From Psammoneis japonica (taxonomy: Eukaryota), in the NCBI GenBank assembly GCA_008632985.1, contig QPGO01000007.1, forward strand, positions 744,001 to 808,000: a stretch of 64,000 nucleotides of DNA, read 5' to 3'. Positions 13,301 through 25,500 of the stretch are shown here, piece by piece. Position 1 is the stretch's first letter; each line of letters starts with the position of its first letter. Below the pieces are notes generated by a model, which made no database searches, was not told the origin of the DNA, and saw only the letters and a list, made by a program, of their open reading frames with translations. The translations under genes were made by a program, and so were the position numbers.

Positions 13301-13634
13301 AAGTTCATTTTGGGGGAACAGAAAAGATATAGAATACACGCTAACACTATAGCGACTAGTTATAGAAACACACTTCAAACTCCTATCACATAACGATTCT
13401 ACTAGTGCGTCATCGCTATTCGTATCGATTAGCACACGGGAATTCCATGACGTTATGATGCAACTGGTCGTACAGTACTGACTCACGCTTCGCTCGCTTT
13501 TACTCCGAGTACTCAGTACATACAGTACTGAATAGTCATGGCAACACGTATGCGCTTCGACTGCAGTATGCTGTGGAGTAAGCTCACTACAGGCAAAGGA
13601 ATGCCACAGTGACAAATGCATGAAAGTACGTTGA

Positions 13635-16627
13635 CTATGTAGTATCATACGTAGCTCTAGAAAGTTTGAGAATGCTCAAGCTCCCTGAAAGAAGCGTCCT
13701 CTGCCGTATTCTTTCTAATGGAGTCGGTGTCCCCTTTTGTTTTCGTTTTGATCGCAATCGTAGTTTCTTGAGCCCTTTCCCTTCTTCCTGTTTGATATTG
13801 TGGGCGTCATGACGATGTTGGAGGTGTGTGATGGAGCAATGGAAACTCGGACTCTTCATCAATGGTTTCGTTGCGCAAGTCACTAATGCCAGTACTTGGG
13901 GGAGTGGAGGGACCCCATCTGCTTATTACTCGTCGGTTCAAAGCTCGCTCAGGGGGAGTATCAGTGCTTTGTGTCTCTGTCTCGTTGGTAGACGTTGGAC
14001 TGGACGGCATAGTTTGTATTTCTTCCGCGTTCTCATTTCCAACTTGTTCATTCTTTTCCCCGGCTGATTTTGGGTGCAATGTCGTTGCATTGAACAGGAA
14101 CAACATTGTAACAACGAAAACAGCCGTGTACAGCAATAGGAACTTTGACATGTCAATGGCGCTACTCCTCCAAGAAGGAAGCTCAAGAGTCCCCTCGTGA
14201 TATGCAATCGTGTTGGTGGTGAAGTCATGCCACATGTCCGAAATGGGGAACAAACGCGCCAAAGCGTTTTCAGAAGCTCGACCGATCCAGTGAGACCGAA
14301 CAAATAGGGCATGGAAACATCGGAGAAAAAAGCCAGGAACTCTTGTGGACAGACTAGTCACAGATGAAACAGAGCTACCCGTGTATCCCGCAATTTTCCC
14401 CAACCATCCAAGGACAGAGCTCTTCAGTGATTGGATTTCGTCAACAGCATCGTCCAAGACTGGGTCAACGACGGGATGAATGACGTTTTCAACGTACTGG
14501 CTCAAAAGTAAGAAAGCCAATACGCTTCACGCAAGCCAGCGACAAACAAGGCCTTGGCCGTGCTTGCCACAACGATACCAAAGGACATGACAGCAACTGA
14601 AAGGCGAATCATTGTGCTGTAGAATTGCTTTGTTCGACGTCCGCTCTTCATACCGAGATCGAGGGATTCGAAAGCGTAAACAAATGAAATATCGCACAGC
14701 ACAAAGTGCGTTGTTGCGCACAGCGCCAAGTACAACAGTGTCCCAAAGTCTTTCAACAACGAAAAACACAATCCATCTGAGTACGAAGTAAGACGCGAAA
14801 GCAAGCTCTTTGCCTGGAACAATGCCACCATCAAAATGAATAGGCAGAAACGACAATGAACCTGGTTTGCTTTTCATGGGAATGCAGTTTCCGTGTCCAT
14901 TTCCACGTAGCGTTTGTCTTTGCAGCTCTCGCATTTTCACCGGCTTCACCAGGAGCTGAGCTGGCGTTCTTCCGTCTGTTCTTCACTCCTTCAGCTCCTT
15001 GAGACGGGCCTGATCTTCTTCCGATAATGTTTTTCTCTTTAGACGGTCAGCAGCTCTTTGTCTAGCGTTTGCAATGTCTCTGGCTTTTCGTTCCTCAGCT
15101 TTCCGCTCAACTTCTCTCAAGTATCCAGCAATAGGATTGTTCTTCCACACGGATGATGCTCCAGATATGTCACTTATATTTGAATCCTCGTCGTCAAATG
15201 TCCGAAACACGGGTTCACTCTGTGCAACACTTCGCTCCGAATTCACACTTGACAAACTGCGATGGGTACTGTTCCCTCGCTTCAATTTTGCAGCTTCATA
15301 TTCCGATGCCGTTCTCAATTCTTCCGCAGTCAATTCAAGCGCTGCAACCGATGGCATGTCCCACCCTTTTGCTTCGCAATAGCTCTGAAACTTAGGCATG
15401 AGCCAACCATCGTAAAAGGCGGCTTCCTTCCGTATCATGCGTGCGTGAGCATTTTTGACGGGGTCCTTTGCGCATTTCATGGCAGCGCCTTGCAATTTGC
15501 TAATCAGAACCCCACAGAGCTTCTTCATGACATATTCAATCAGAGACTGCGGGAGGAAATCCAGATTGGGGTTGATGTTTGCAATCATTCGTGTTGTTGC
15601 CGACGTGGTGATAAGATGTCAACCATAGCGTGAAACTTTGTAATGGTCATGCGACCTGCTCCCATTCTCGTCGGAACGGGAGGAAGATCCAAATCCTGAA
15701 TAGCAGGGTCTTCCGACAAGTATCGTTCGTCCGCATCACGGCTATCGTCCTCTTCGTTTCTATCCGCAACACCCTGACCCACGAGAATCAGTGTTCCATC
15801 TTCCCAAATCGAATCGCATCCAATCGCTCGAAAGCATGCATCCCGCATCAAGCCAAAGTTGGGAAGTCCCGTCACAAACCATCCCACCACATCAATCTTG
15901 TCAAAATACTTAATGGCGACACTAGAGGTACAAAAGGGCGTCCATTTCTTGTGCAAATCAACCTCTCTCAACACCGCAACCTGTTCAAACAGTGGCACTC
16001 CATTCAAACTCCCATCCAGTTTGATACTCAGGCTTCCATCCGCTTCGCGACGATAATACGTGGCAACTCCAAAGAGGGTTTGTGAAAATATCCATTCGCC
16101 ATCGTCTGCCAATTCATGTCTAGCATTTCGAAAGAGGCGAGCTACAACCTGCAGCCGTGCAATAAAAACGGCAGAAATATAATGGTAAGCGAGTGTAGCT
16201 GTAGAACGCAAAACAATAAAATTCGGTTAGAAGCACTTACCTCTAACTTTTCAAATCGTGCTTTACTCTCCACAAACAACTCTTTTGCCTTTAGAAACTC
16301 ATTCAGTCGCGCTTGCTTGGCCGCCTTGTGTTCTTTCGCGTTTCGATGCCAGTGAATTCCCTTTCGTTTTGGCGGTTCCACCTTGATGGGTCCTTTATCG
16401 ATTCGATCACTCACATTTACATACAAGTCATGAGCTACGAGGTGACGCTCATCCTGAATCAAGGCCAAAACACGACGAACGTCCTTTAGCAGGGAGGAGC
16501 TTGGACTCCCATTGTCTCCGCTTGTTGTGGGTGGCTGAATCACAAAATCTCGAATTCCGTCACCATCACCACTCAACGAAGACATACTCGACATGTATGG
16601 AATGTATTTTCGACTCTCAGATTGCAT
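13635..16627 (-). CDS. START/SRPBCC-like lipid-binding domain protein with C-terminal hydrophobic segments; intron 16240-16149; several apparent frameshifts; 3' end uncertain
   Basis: EWIFSQTLFGVATYYR...LREVDLHKKWTPFC...RDACFRAIG...NPNLDFLPQSLIEYVMKK. Consecutive ORFs join by single-base shifts. Confidence 0.6.
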
Positions 16628-17559
16628 TTTTTATTATTTAGAGTGCTTGGAACTCCCAAAGACTATGCGTTGTTTTCACACATATGGGGCTTCGACTAGC
16701 ATAAAATGCAATATGATATAATCATTGACATATAAAAAACATTGATATGATTTATTAATGACGAATATACAAGAATGTTGAATGACTGCATATGACTTTT
16801 TGCGTAAGATTTGTACTGTTCTACGCACTTAACGAAGAAAATGCTGAGGCAATACATAGAATGACTCTTCTTAAGTACGAATTCAAATGAAGGTCATGCC
16901 CACGCCCGCCACGCAATTTAATCAAACATACGAGCATATATGAAGTATTATTCAAAGACGGAGTTGACAAACGGAGTATCGACGGTTGAATGTGTAACAT
17001 CTACAAAAACATTTAAATAGTTGAAAGGTATGGACTTTTGTGAGACATTTGTATATGATACACATGTAAAACCTGCTATTTGTTTTGGCAATAACCGTTA
17101 TCATTAAATAAAGGGGTACATAAAATCCAATACAAAATGTCTGACCGGTATAACAGGTACGTTTATGCTAGTCGTAGCCTCATACAAGCTTTGTGGTCGC
17201 TTCCCGGCTGTTCATCAGGCGGAGCGAGGTCACTGAATTTTTGGTCTGGCGAGCGTTGGTTCGTTTCAGACCTGTTTGTACTGGATTCTACGCATATCTC
17301 TCGTAGAAAAAGTCATGGATGCCGTGCGTTCGCAAGACTGAAAACTGCATCCGCGATTTCCGTACAAAGGACAGACACGCAATGCACGAAACGAAGTCAC
17401 ACGTAGGGCCTGCTACTTAGCTAGCTAGAGTAGCCACCACTCTCTACTAGCTAGCTAGAGAGCAGCAGCCACTCTAGAGAGAGCACAGCACGAAGAAACT
17501 TGAAACTTTAGGGCTGCTGTCTCTCTACTGGAGCAGCTCTCTAGTGGAGAGCAGGGCCC

Positions 17560-18880
17560 TCTAGAGGTGGGGGCCCCGTTCGACAACCTTGGCATTTGCC
17601 CCTGATGTTCCCAGCAGTCGTGGGCAGATCAACAAAGTCTCTTGAATCGACTGTGCCGCAGCAAGCTGACAAAAGTCCAACTTTCAAACCAACCCCAAGC
17701 TTGCAGCAGAAAGCTGGATGAGTTCTTGGGAACCTGTGTCTGTTCTCATCATCGATCTCAGCAAGATCAAACATTTGGAGTCAACCCCAAACGACTTTCA
17801 ATCTTCAATCCATTGTCTTGCAAAATCCATTTGGTCCTTCGTTTCTGGAGAGCAGCAGCTTTCCTCACTCCAGTCAGATGTTTGAAACAATTGGTTCACT
17901 TTCCTCAAAGCTTCCCCTTCAGTGTTGCCATGCCTCACAAGATGGAAGCCCGCGGTTGTTCCTGCATGTCCAACTCCACCTTGACAATGGACACAGACTG
18001 TCTTCTTGTGTTGTTCATGCTGCACTTGGCAGTGAGCACATTTTTTGTCTCTTTGATGACCAAGTTTGAGGTGCACTGGGCAATGAGCACACTTGTCTTC
18101 CACATCCAAACAAACAAGTTTGTGGTGCAGTTGTGCCTGTTGATGCTCAAAGTTTTTGAAAATCCACTTGCACTGCTTTGTGTGAGAAAAAGTTGAAAGT
18201 TGTTGAGTGGATCACCCAACACAATCATGCCACAAAATGCAAGGCCCCACCTGGAGGAGCTGGAACACATCAAAAAGCAATGCCCCCACAATCCAAGGAG
18301 TGCTTTCCAAGCTTTTCTTGTGTTTCTCTGGAGCTGCACTCTCTGGGGCATTCACCTGCAATCAGCTTGTGCAGTTGTTGGGTCAAGGCAGCTGGCTGAG
18401 CCAAAGGCCCTTGCATTTTGGAATTTGTCACTTCTCCAACCAAGTGGGCAAATCTGTTGCATCATTGCACTCATTCACTGCAGGAGATGGAATGCAAAAA
18501 GTGGTCAAAGTGTGGCTGGGAAACAAACCAAATGTTGGTGATCACCAGCAACCAGCCCAATGTCACAGACATGCAAGCATTTGAAAAGAGAAAGGGATGC
18601 TGAAACATGTTTTGTTGCTAAAGCTGCTCTGTCAAATGGCCTCTGTCTGGAAGAAAACATTGTCTGCATGACAAGCGCGGAGCACCCGTGGTTCATGGGG
18701 TGAGAGGTGGGAGCCCTTCATGGTGCATCAGCTGGCTGCAAGTGTTTGCGTTGGCCCCAACCCTCTCATTGCTTGCCAGTGTCCACAGTTGTTCAAATCA
18801 ACAAGGGTCAACTGGTGTCTGGCTTTTGTTTTGTTTTCATGCTCCTGCTGTGCACAGTTGGCAGTGGCCTGCGGCACTCT
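17560..18880. mobile_element. Degenerate repeat-derived sequence, family unassigned
   Basis: TpA- and CpG-depleted like the adjacent transposons; no motif I can assign. Confidence 0.4.
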
Positions 18881-20260
18881 TGACAGGATTTGAACAAGAT
18901 TTTAGTTTGTCATGCACAATTGTGTGTGCTCTCAGTTCTGCATGTGACATGTGATGCAGTTTGCTTTTGAGCCACTTGGCTCACAAGAATGATGGCAGCA
19001 GTCAGATGTTGTGATGCCAGTCTTTTGGCTCCTTCAACGGTCTCTGCACAGAGACTGGTCTGCTGTTTAGACAGCTTCAAGGAGTTGTTGTTTTCTTCCA
19101 CCCATTTTCTCTTCATTTTCTGTCAGATTGACAGTCTTGCTCATTTTCATCCGCCAAGCATTCACCATCATTGTCATCAACAATTTTTCAACAATGCACA
19201 TTGTTGTGGTGGAAGCACACACCCAATTTCATCATTGCTGAACATTTGGATTGGATCAGTGCATTCTGATCTGTTCAAGGTTCCTCATCACTGGACACAT
19301 GATCCATTCAATGGATGTTTGTTTGGTCAGGAATTCCACATTCCCCAACACTTGAGGTTCTGAATTCCCTGCAGTGGGCCCTGCTCCAGGTTGACAAACA
19401 GACCAACCTGTTCTGCTCAGGCTCCACTGCTGAACTGCAGGCACTTGCACTCATGTGATGCACTCCGACTCTGGCCTTGCCACAGGCACGCCAAGTCTGC
19501 TGCTCCACATCTGCTCAGACTGCTGGTCTTCTGCAGCTCCACAAGGCCCATGAGGATGACTGTGAGAGGAAGCAGCCATGACTGCAGTCTGTGTTGGTGT
19601 TCAGGGTGCACTTTCTCATGTTTGTTTGTTCACCCTTGGCATCTGATCAGGTCATCTGACTGACACAAAATGACAAAGATTTGGGGGTCTTGTCCACCTC
19701 TGGTTGGCATGTTGGCACAGGGTTTTCAACCCACCACTCTGCTTGTGCAAGCAACCCAAAGCACCGCCAGCTGCAGGCTTGGATTTGCCAGCACAACTCT
19801 GTGGACCGGATGGGAAGCTCAGCACTTGACCACAAATGGGGCAGCACAGCCCAGCAGCTTCTGATTTGCAACACAGTTCAAGATTTCAAGTCAAGCATCA
19901 AGTCAAGTTTCAAGTCAAATCAAGCTCAGCTTCTGGCCAGTTCAAGTTCCAATGCCCTCCTCAGCTGCACCATGGTGCTGGCCAGGCAGCAACAAACCAA
20001 TGGCTCAAGACAAACATTTGTTCTGAACCAAGCTGCAGACAGTCCACCGCACTCTGCCCTCAACATTGATGGGACAGACTCATGCCAGGTCCTCTTCACA
20101 TTTGCTCTGGGACAACTCAGTGCCCTGTTTTGCAATGACTGCACCAGCCAAATGCCTCTGCCATGTGGATGCAAAGCCCTCCTGGTGGTGTTGATTGGCT
20201 TCTACACTGTTAAAGTGCATGGAGGCACTGATGTCAGCAACAACCCAATTTTGTTTGTGC

Positions 20261-20591
20261 TTGAAGAATTCACTGACTGTCATCTCAGCCCTGACTGTGC
20301 AGCATCTCTCTCCACTGCCACAGTGCCATCTGCTCCCATGGCTGGCTTGTCACCCACCAAACCACATGACCCAGTGTGTGATTTCAAACAAGGCATCAAA
20401 TGTGACCCACTTGCCTCCCCCCTTTGTTCACCCTTGAAGAATTCACTGACTGTCATCTTGGCCCTGACCGCACAGCATCTCTCTCCACTGGCACCATGCC
20501 ATCTCCTCCCATGGCTGGCTTGTCACCCCCCAAACCACATGACCCAGTGCATGACTTCAAACACAAGGCATCAAATGTGACCCACTTGCCT
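20261..20591 (+). repeat. About 174-bp tandem duplication within gag
   Basis: ttgaagaattcactgactgtcatct...aaatgtgacccacttgcc at 20261-20415 and 20435-20591. Confidence 0.85.
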
Positions 20592-21249
20592 TCATGACTC
20601 ACAAGGTCTGACAAGCAGTGGCACACATGGCACACCTCCATCATTGCACAGGCATGCTCCCAGGGGATGTTGACCACACTCTCGATTTGAAGCACAAGCC
20701 CTCTGCACCCAAAGACAAGGCATTGTCACCTGAACAACAGAAGCACATGTTTGCCATCTTTGAATGCATCTTGCAAAATGACAAAGGCAAGGCACTTGTT
20801 CATGACATGTGGCAATGCCTGAGCCATGTGCCAAAAAATCTCTGAGTGTGCCTTTGCATCCACCCGTGCATCACTTGATTCATTGACCCTTCTCACTTGC
20901 CTCACCACTGCTTGTCTTGGTGATGGCACCTGGAAGAGATCCACCCAGGCCTTCACATTTCACTGGCAAGAGGACGCACTGGGTTGCATTGGTTTGCAAT
21001 CTTGTTGGTCAGGAGGAGGTCGTGGATGAGTTTGACAGTGCCAATGTGTTGTTGATGCTTGCAGTGTCATTTTATGAGCACTGCATGTGCCTGTCAATTG
21101 ACCAAGTCCACAACTTCAGGACACCATTGATTGCATTCCACAATGTGCTCTGGCAACTGGGGAGCAGTGGAAATGCATCAGATTTGCTGCTTGTGTCTGG
21201 AGGTCAATGCACCATCTTTGAGAGACAAACAAGAATGACAATGAGGAAA

Positions 21250-22560
21250 AGGGAGTGCCTGGGATGCATCTCATGAGTGGCAGCCTTGGCATGCACCAGC
21301 CAATTTGTCTGCACAAATGTTCACCTTTGCAGTTGATGGAGGGGAATGGACTGGGGCATTCTCATCTTGGTGTCCCTTGCCCCACTTGATGGTGAGGCTG
21401 GGTGAAGAAGCAATCTCCACTGAATCTCTCTTTGACGTCAAAGTGTGCAAAATTTCGTTGATTGTGTCCCAATCAGAAGCAAGTGCATTGGCTCCATGGT
21501 GCCACAAACAAAAATCATGAGAGTCATCTGACTTGCCTTCTGGAGATGGAGTGGGCAAGGCAAGATGCAATTTCTCTAGACAAGATGCCAGAGACTTGTT
21601 GTCACAATGTGTGTCCGCTGCTTGAGTCAACTTGGCTCGACAAGATTTGATGCATTGGCAAATGAAGCAGACAATGGAGAAGATTCTGCAGGCTTCTGTT
21701 TGGTGCAAAGACAACTTCTTTCCAAATGCTGGCCCAGCACAATCCACCAGTGGAACACCTTGGAGTGCAATGGTCCATCCAAATGCAGCACCTTTGTTCA
21801 CCAACCCATCACTTCCTGCTGCAAGCTCTGAAGAAACAAGCACTGCATCAAGACAAGAGGTGACATGTGCAGGTCCAACTCTGCAAACAACTCTGATTCC
21901 CATTGTGGCAATGCCTGCAGCATGTCAAGAAATGATGCTGGGGCAGGTTGGGGTGCAGAGGTTGTCAGCGAGGTTCATGGAAGATCAAACTTCCATCTGC
22001 CATCTTCTGTTGTGGTCAGTTCAACTGGATGGGATTCATCTGATGGTGCAGGAACAGTCTCCATCTCCCCAATGGAGTCCATTCTTGTGCCGTTGACCAA
22101 GAAAATTTTCAAACCCCATGGATCCTTTGACATGCAAGCAGTCCTCTGAAGGAGAGAAATGCACCGACACTTGCACTCACATCTGGGAAGGAGAGACCAA
22201 CCATTCTCCAAGTGGCTCTTTCAATTGGTGAGTGGTTGGATGACACAGGCAAGTGCAGAGTTTCCTCCATGCTGACCAAGCTCTGGCACCCAGTTTGTGC
22301 TGTTCAATGCCATTTAATGTGCCAACACTGCTCTGAATTGAGGGATCCCCTTTGACTTTTGTTGGGTCCAAGGTGAGGCTGTCTGACAGAGTCATGTCAG
22401 AAACAGAGAGCACCTGCAAAACACAAGCAACGCCAATTGATCCACCGGATTTCTTGGTGAGTGAAGAGCTGAGACTGAAGGGCAACATCCACAATGTGCT
22501 GGTCATTGTCTTGCTGCAGAGGAAGCACTCCGTTGTGAGTCAGGTGGACTTTGCCACAGA
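21250..22560 (-). mobile_element. Non-LTR (LINE-like) retroelement fragment with RNase H-like domain, nested in the Copia
   Basis: GSDG...AAFGW...CDNKSL...SDWD...KWGKGHQD...NICADKLA matches the RNase H domain of non-LTR elements. Confidence 0.65.
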
Positions 22561-25500
22561 CTCTGTTTAAAAAAAGTGAACAGAAGCAAACCAACAGGAT
22601 TCCACATGCAGAAGCACCACATCCACGTCCCACAAGAAACTCTCACCCATGCCCAAATTCAGTTTGAATCCATGCAACTGCAACATGCAACAGTTTGTGT
22701 GATCAACATTGCACACAGAATGGCACGATCCTCTCCTGTGAGCAACATTGTGGCCTCCTGCTTTCTGTGGCGGCACAGTGCGACAGCACTTTTGCACCCA
22801 AGATGGCCTCCTGTGCTCCACGCCACACCATCTGTGCCCATGACCTGGCCCCTGATGACACTTGCAATGACGTGTTCTTTGACATTGACAGTGATGTTGA
22901 CCTCATTCCAGCTCATGCCTCTCAATCTTGCAGCCCCACTCTTGCCAAGAAACAGTGGCATTGCATCCCGCCTGATCACCAGCACTCATGGGACACCCCA
23001 CCTCAGTCCTCCAAGGCCATCATCCTTGGCTTGCACACTGCTTGCACTGGCAACTGCCATGACTTGGTGGCCATCAACCTTCATGACTTCCCTCTGGGCA
23101 GCAATGGTGACATCAACTTGTCTGCCAATGCTCATGACCTTGCATCAACTCCTGAACCTCCCAATGCTGCAAATGATGCAATGAACACTAACCCCATCCT
23201 GGCACACCTTATGAAGTGCAAGCCTCTGCCACCCGATGATCTGCAATGTCCCTTTTTGCCTGACAAACCTCCCTTGACCCACTCTGGCGAGAAACCCCCT
23301 GGCTCAAAGTCATCACCTGGTGCTGCCACTGACATCAAAATTGATGGACACACCATTGCTGTGTCAACAATCACAATGTTGTTTGCTCTGCCTTGACTCA
23401 CAACTCAACTTGCACTGATGCTCTGGTGGATCATGATGCCAATGGTGGAATTGCTGGTGATGGTTGTTCATGTCATCACATGCACTGAACAGCAGGTTGA
23501 TGTGCGCAAGGTGTTGACGACCACCAGCTTGTCAACATTTCTGTCATCACTGCTGGCAGTGTCATCCACATGCAATGTGGACCCATCATTGCCATCCTTC
23601 ACCAGTGTGCCTGCACTGGAAAGGGCAACAAGAACATGCACTCTTGTGGCCAGCTTGAGTGGCACAAGCGTGACATCAACAACCAGTCAATCAAGGTCCC
23701 CAATGGCCTGCAACACATCACCACCATTGATGGCTGCATCATTCCCATCAACATCAAAGGTGGCCTGCCACACATTGCCATGTGCGTGCACACCAATGAC
23801 AAATGGGATGATCCACCCTGTGTTGTTCTCACTGGTGATGACACCTGGGACCCATCTGTGCTCAACCACCAGTTCGCCAATGATGAAAAATGGCACAATG
23901 CCATGTCCAACCTCCAGGATGACCCCACCACCAACCTCTTTGACGAGTTTGGCAACTGTGATCACCATCATGTCATGAACAACATGATGCTTGTGGGGAC
24001 TCCATCCTCAACAATGATCACATCCTCCCAACATCCGATTTCTTCTGTGAATGCCATGAGCCCAAAGTCACCCCCAAGGATCCCAACTTTGAGTCCCTGC
24101 ACCCCTGTTTTGGTTTCCTCTCAAAGGACACAGTTCACTGCACTTTTGATTGCATGACCCAATGTGCCCACATGCCTGCATGCATGCATTTGAAAAAGGT
24201 GCACAAGTTGCCCAACCCAACTCTCAATGTTCGCCGATGCAATGAATCCATTGCCACCAATGCTGTGCACTCCAGCACTCCTGCCATTGACTCTGGATGC
24301 ATCAGCACACAACTCTTTGTTGGCACAGAATCTTTCATCACCAATGTGTGCAGCACCAAGATGGACAAGGAATTTGTCAACATGCTCAAAGACAACATTC
24401 ACAGCTGCGGTGCTCTGTCCAAGCTCATCAGCGATCATGCTCAAGTTGAGATCAGCAACAAGGTCCTTGGCATCATCAGCGCCCTCTTTGCATCTAGCTC
24501 TTTGACAGCACCAGAACTTTGCTGAACACTGCTGCCAAACCATGAAGAACATGGCCATCACCATCATGAATTGCTTTGGCTCCCCAGCATGCATCTGGCT
24601 CCTTGCTCTCTCATGTGCATGTGCTTTGTCCTGAACCACCACTCCCAAAATCAGCCCCCTCCTCCATTTTCAATGGTGGGAACCTGTGTGCCACCACCTG
24701 GATGATTCCAACTGGCCATCTGAATGCCGCGAGTTGTGTGGTTGCTCTGTTGGCATTGCCAAACACATGGGTCATCAAATGACTTTCAAGATGCTTTGTG
24801 AAGACACTCAGAAGATTCTTTGCTGGTCCATCTGTGCCACCGCCCATGACCCATCAGCTTGCAATCTGCATCTTGATCCTTCTGATTCTTGATGGGGAAT
24901 CTGCTGCACCCTTCATCAAATCTGGCCTTGACTCTGAGGGTTTGCTGGATTCACCAGATGGGAAGGATGTCTGTCAGGATGCCCAAAATGCCGGTCTTTG
25001 ACCCCAAGGACATCATTGGATGCACCTTCCTCATGAAGCCACAATGGGATGGACAGTGCCACAGAGCCCGCATTGTCAAGGCATGATTGGGAAATCAGCA
25101 ACAACCCGGAACTTGTCAAGTTCATTTGTTCAGTTGACAACAATGAGTGCAAGGAAATCTTTGCATGCAATGACATCATCCATCACATGATGGAGCAAGA
25201 AGATGAGGACACCACTGTCTGGAAGTTCCAACACATCATCTCACATGAAGGACCATTGAGACCTCACAATCCCTCTTGGAAAGGCTCAAGCTACAATGCC
25301 ATGCTTGAATGGCAGAGTGGGGAGATCACATCTGACCTTCTTGCCATCATGGCCAAGGATGAGGATGACCCTGTCACTTGTGCCATCTGTGCATGCAAGC
25401 ACAGTCTGCTTGAAACTGATGGATGGAAATGCTTCCGCATCACAGCTCTGTGCCAGAAGAAGCTGTTCTGCAAGGCCAATCAAACCAAGCTGCAATCTTC

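Noticed and set aside
11400..15610. Pseudogenisation or programmed frameshifting in three adjacent genes
   Set aside because: Isolated single-base losses in otherwise conserved, stop-free genes look more like consensus indel errors; needs read-level checking.
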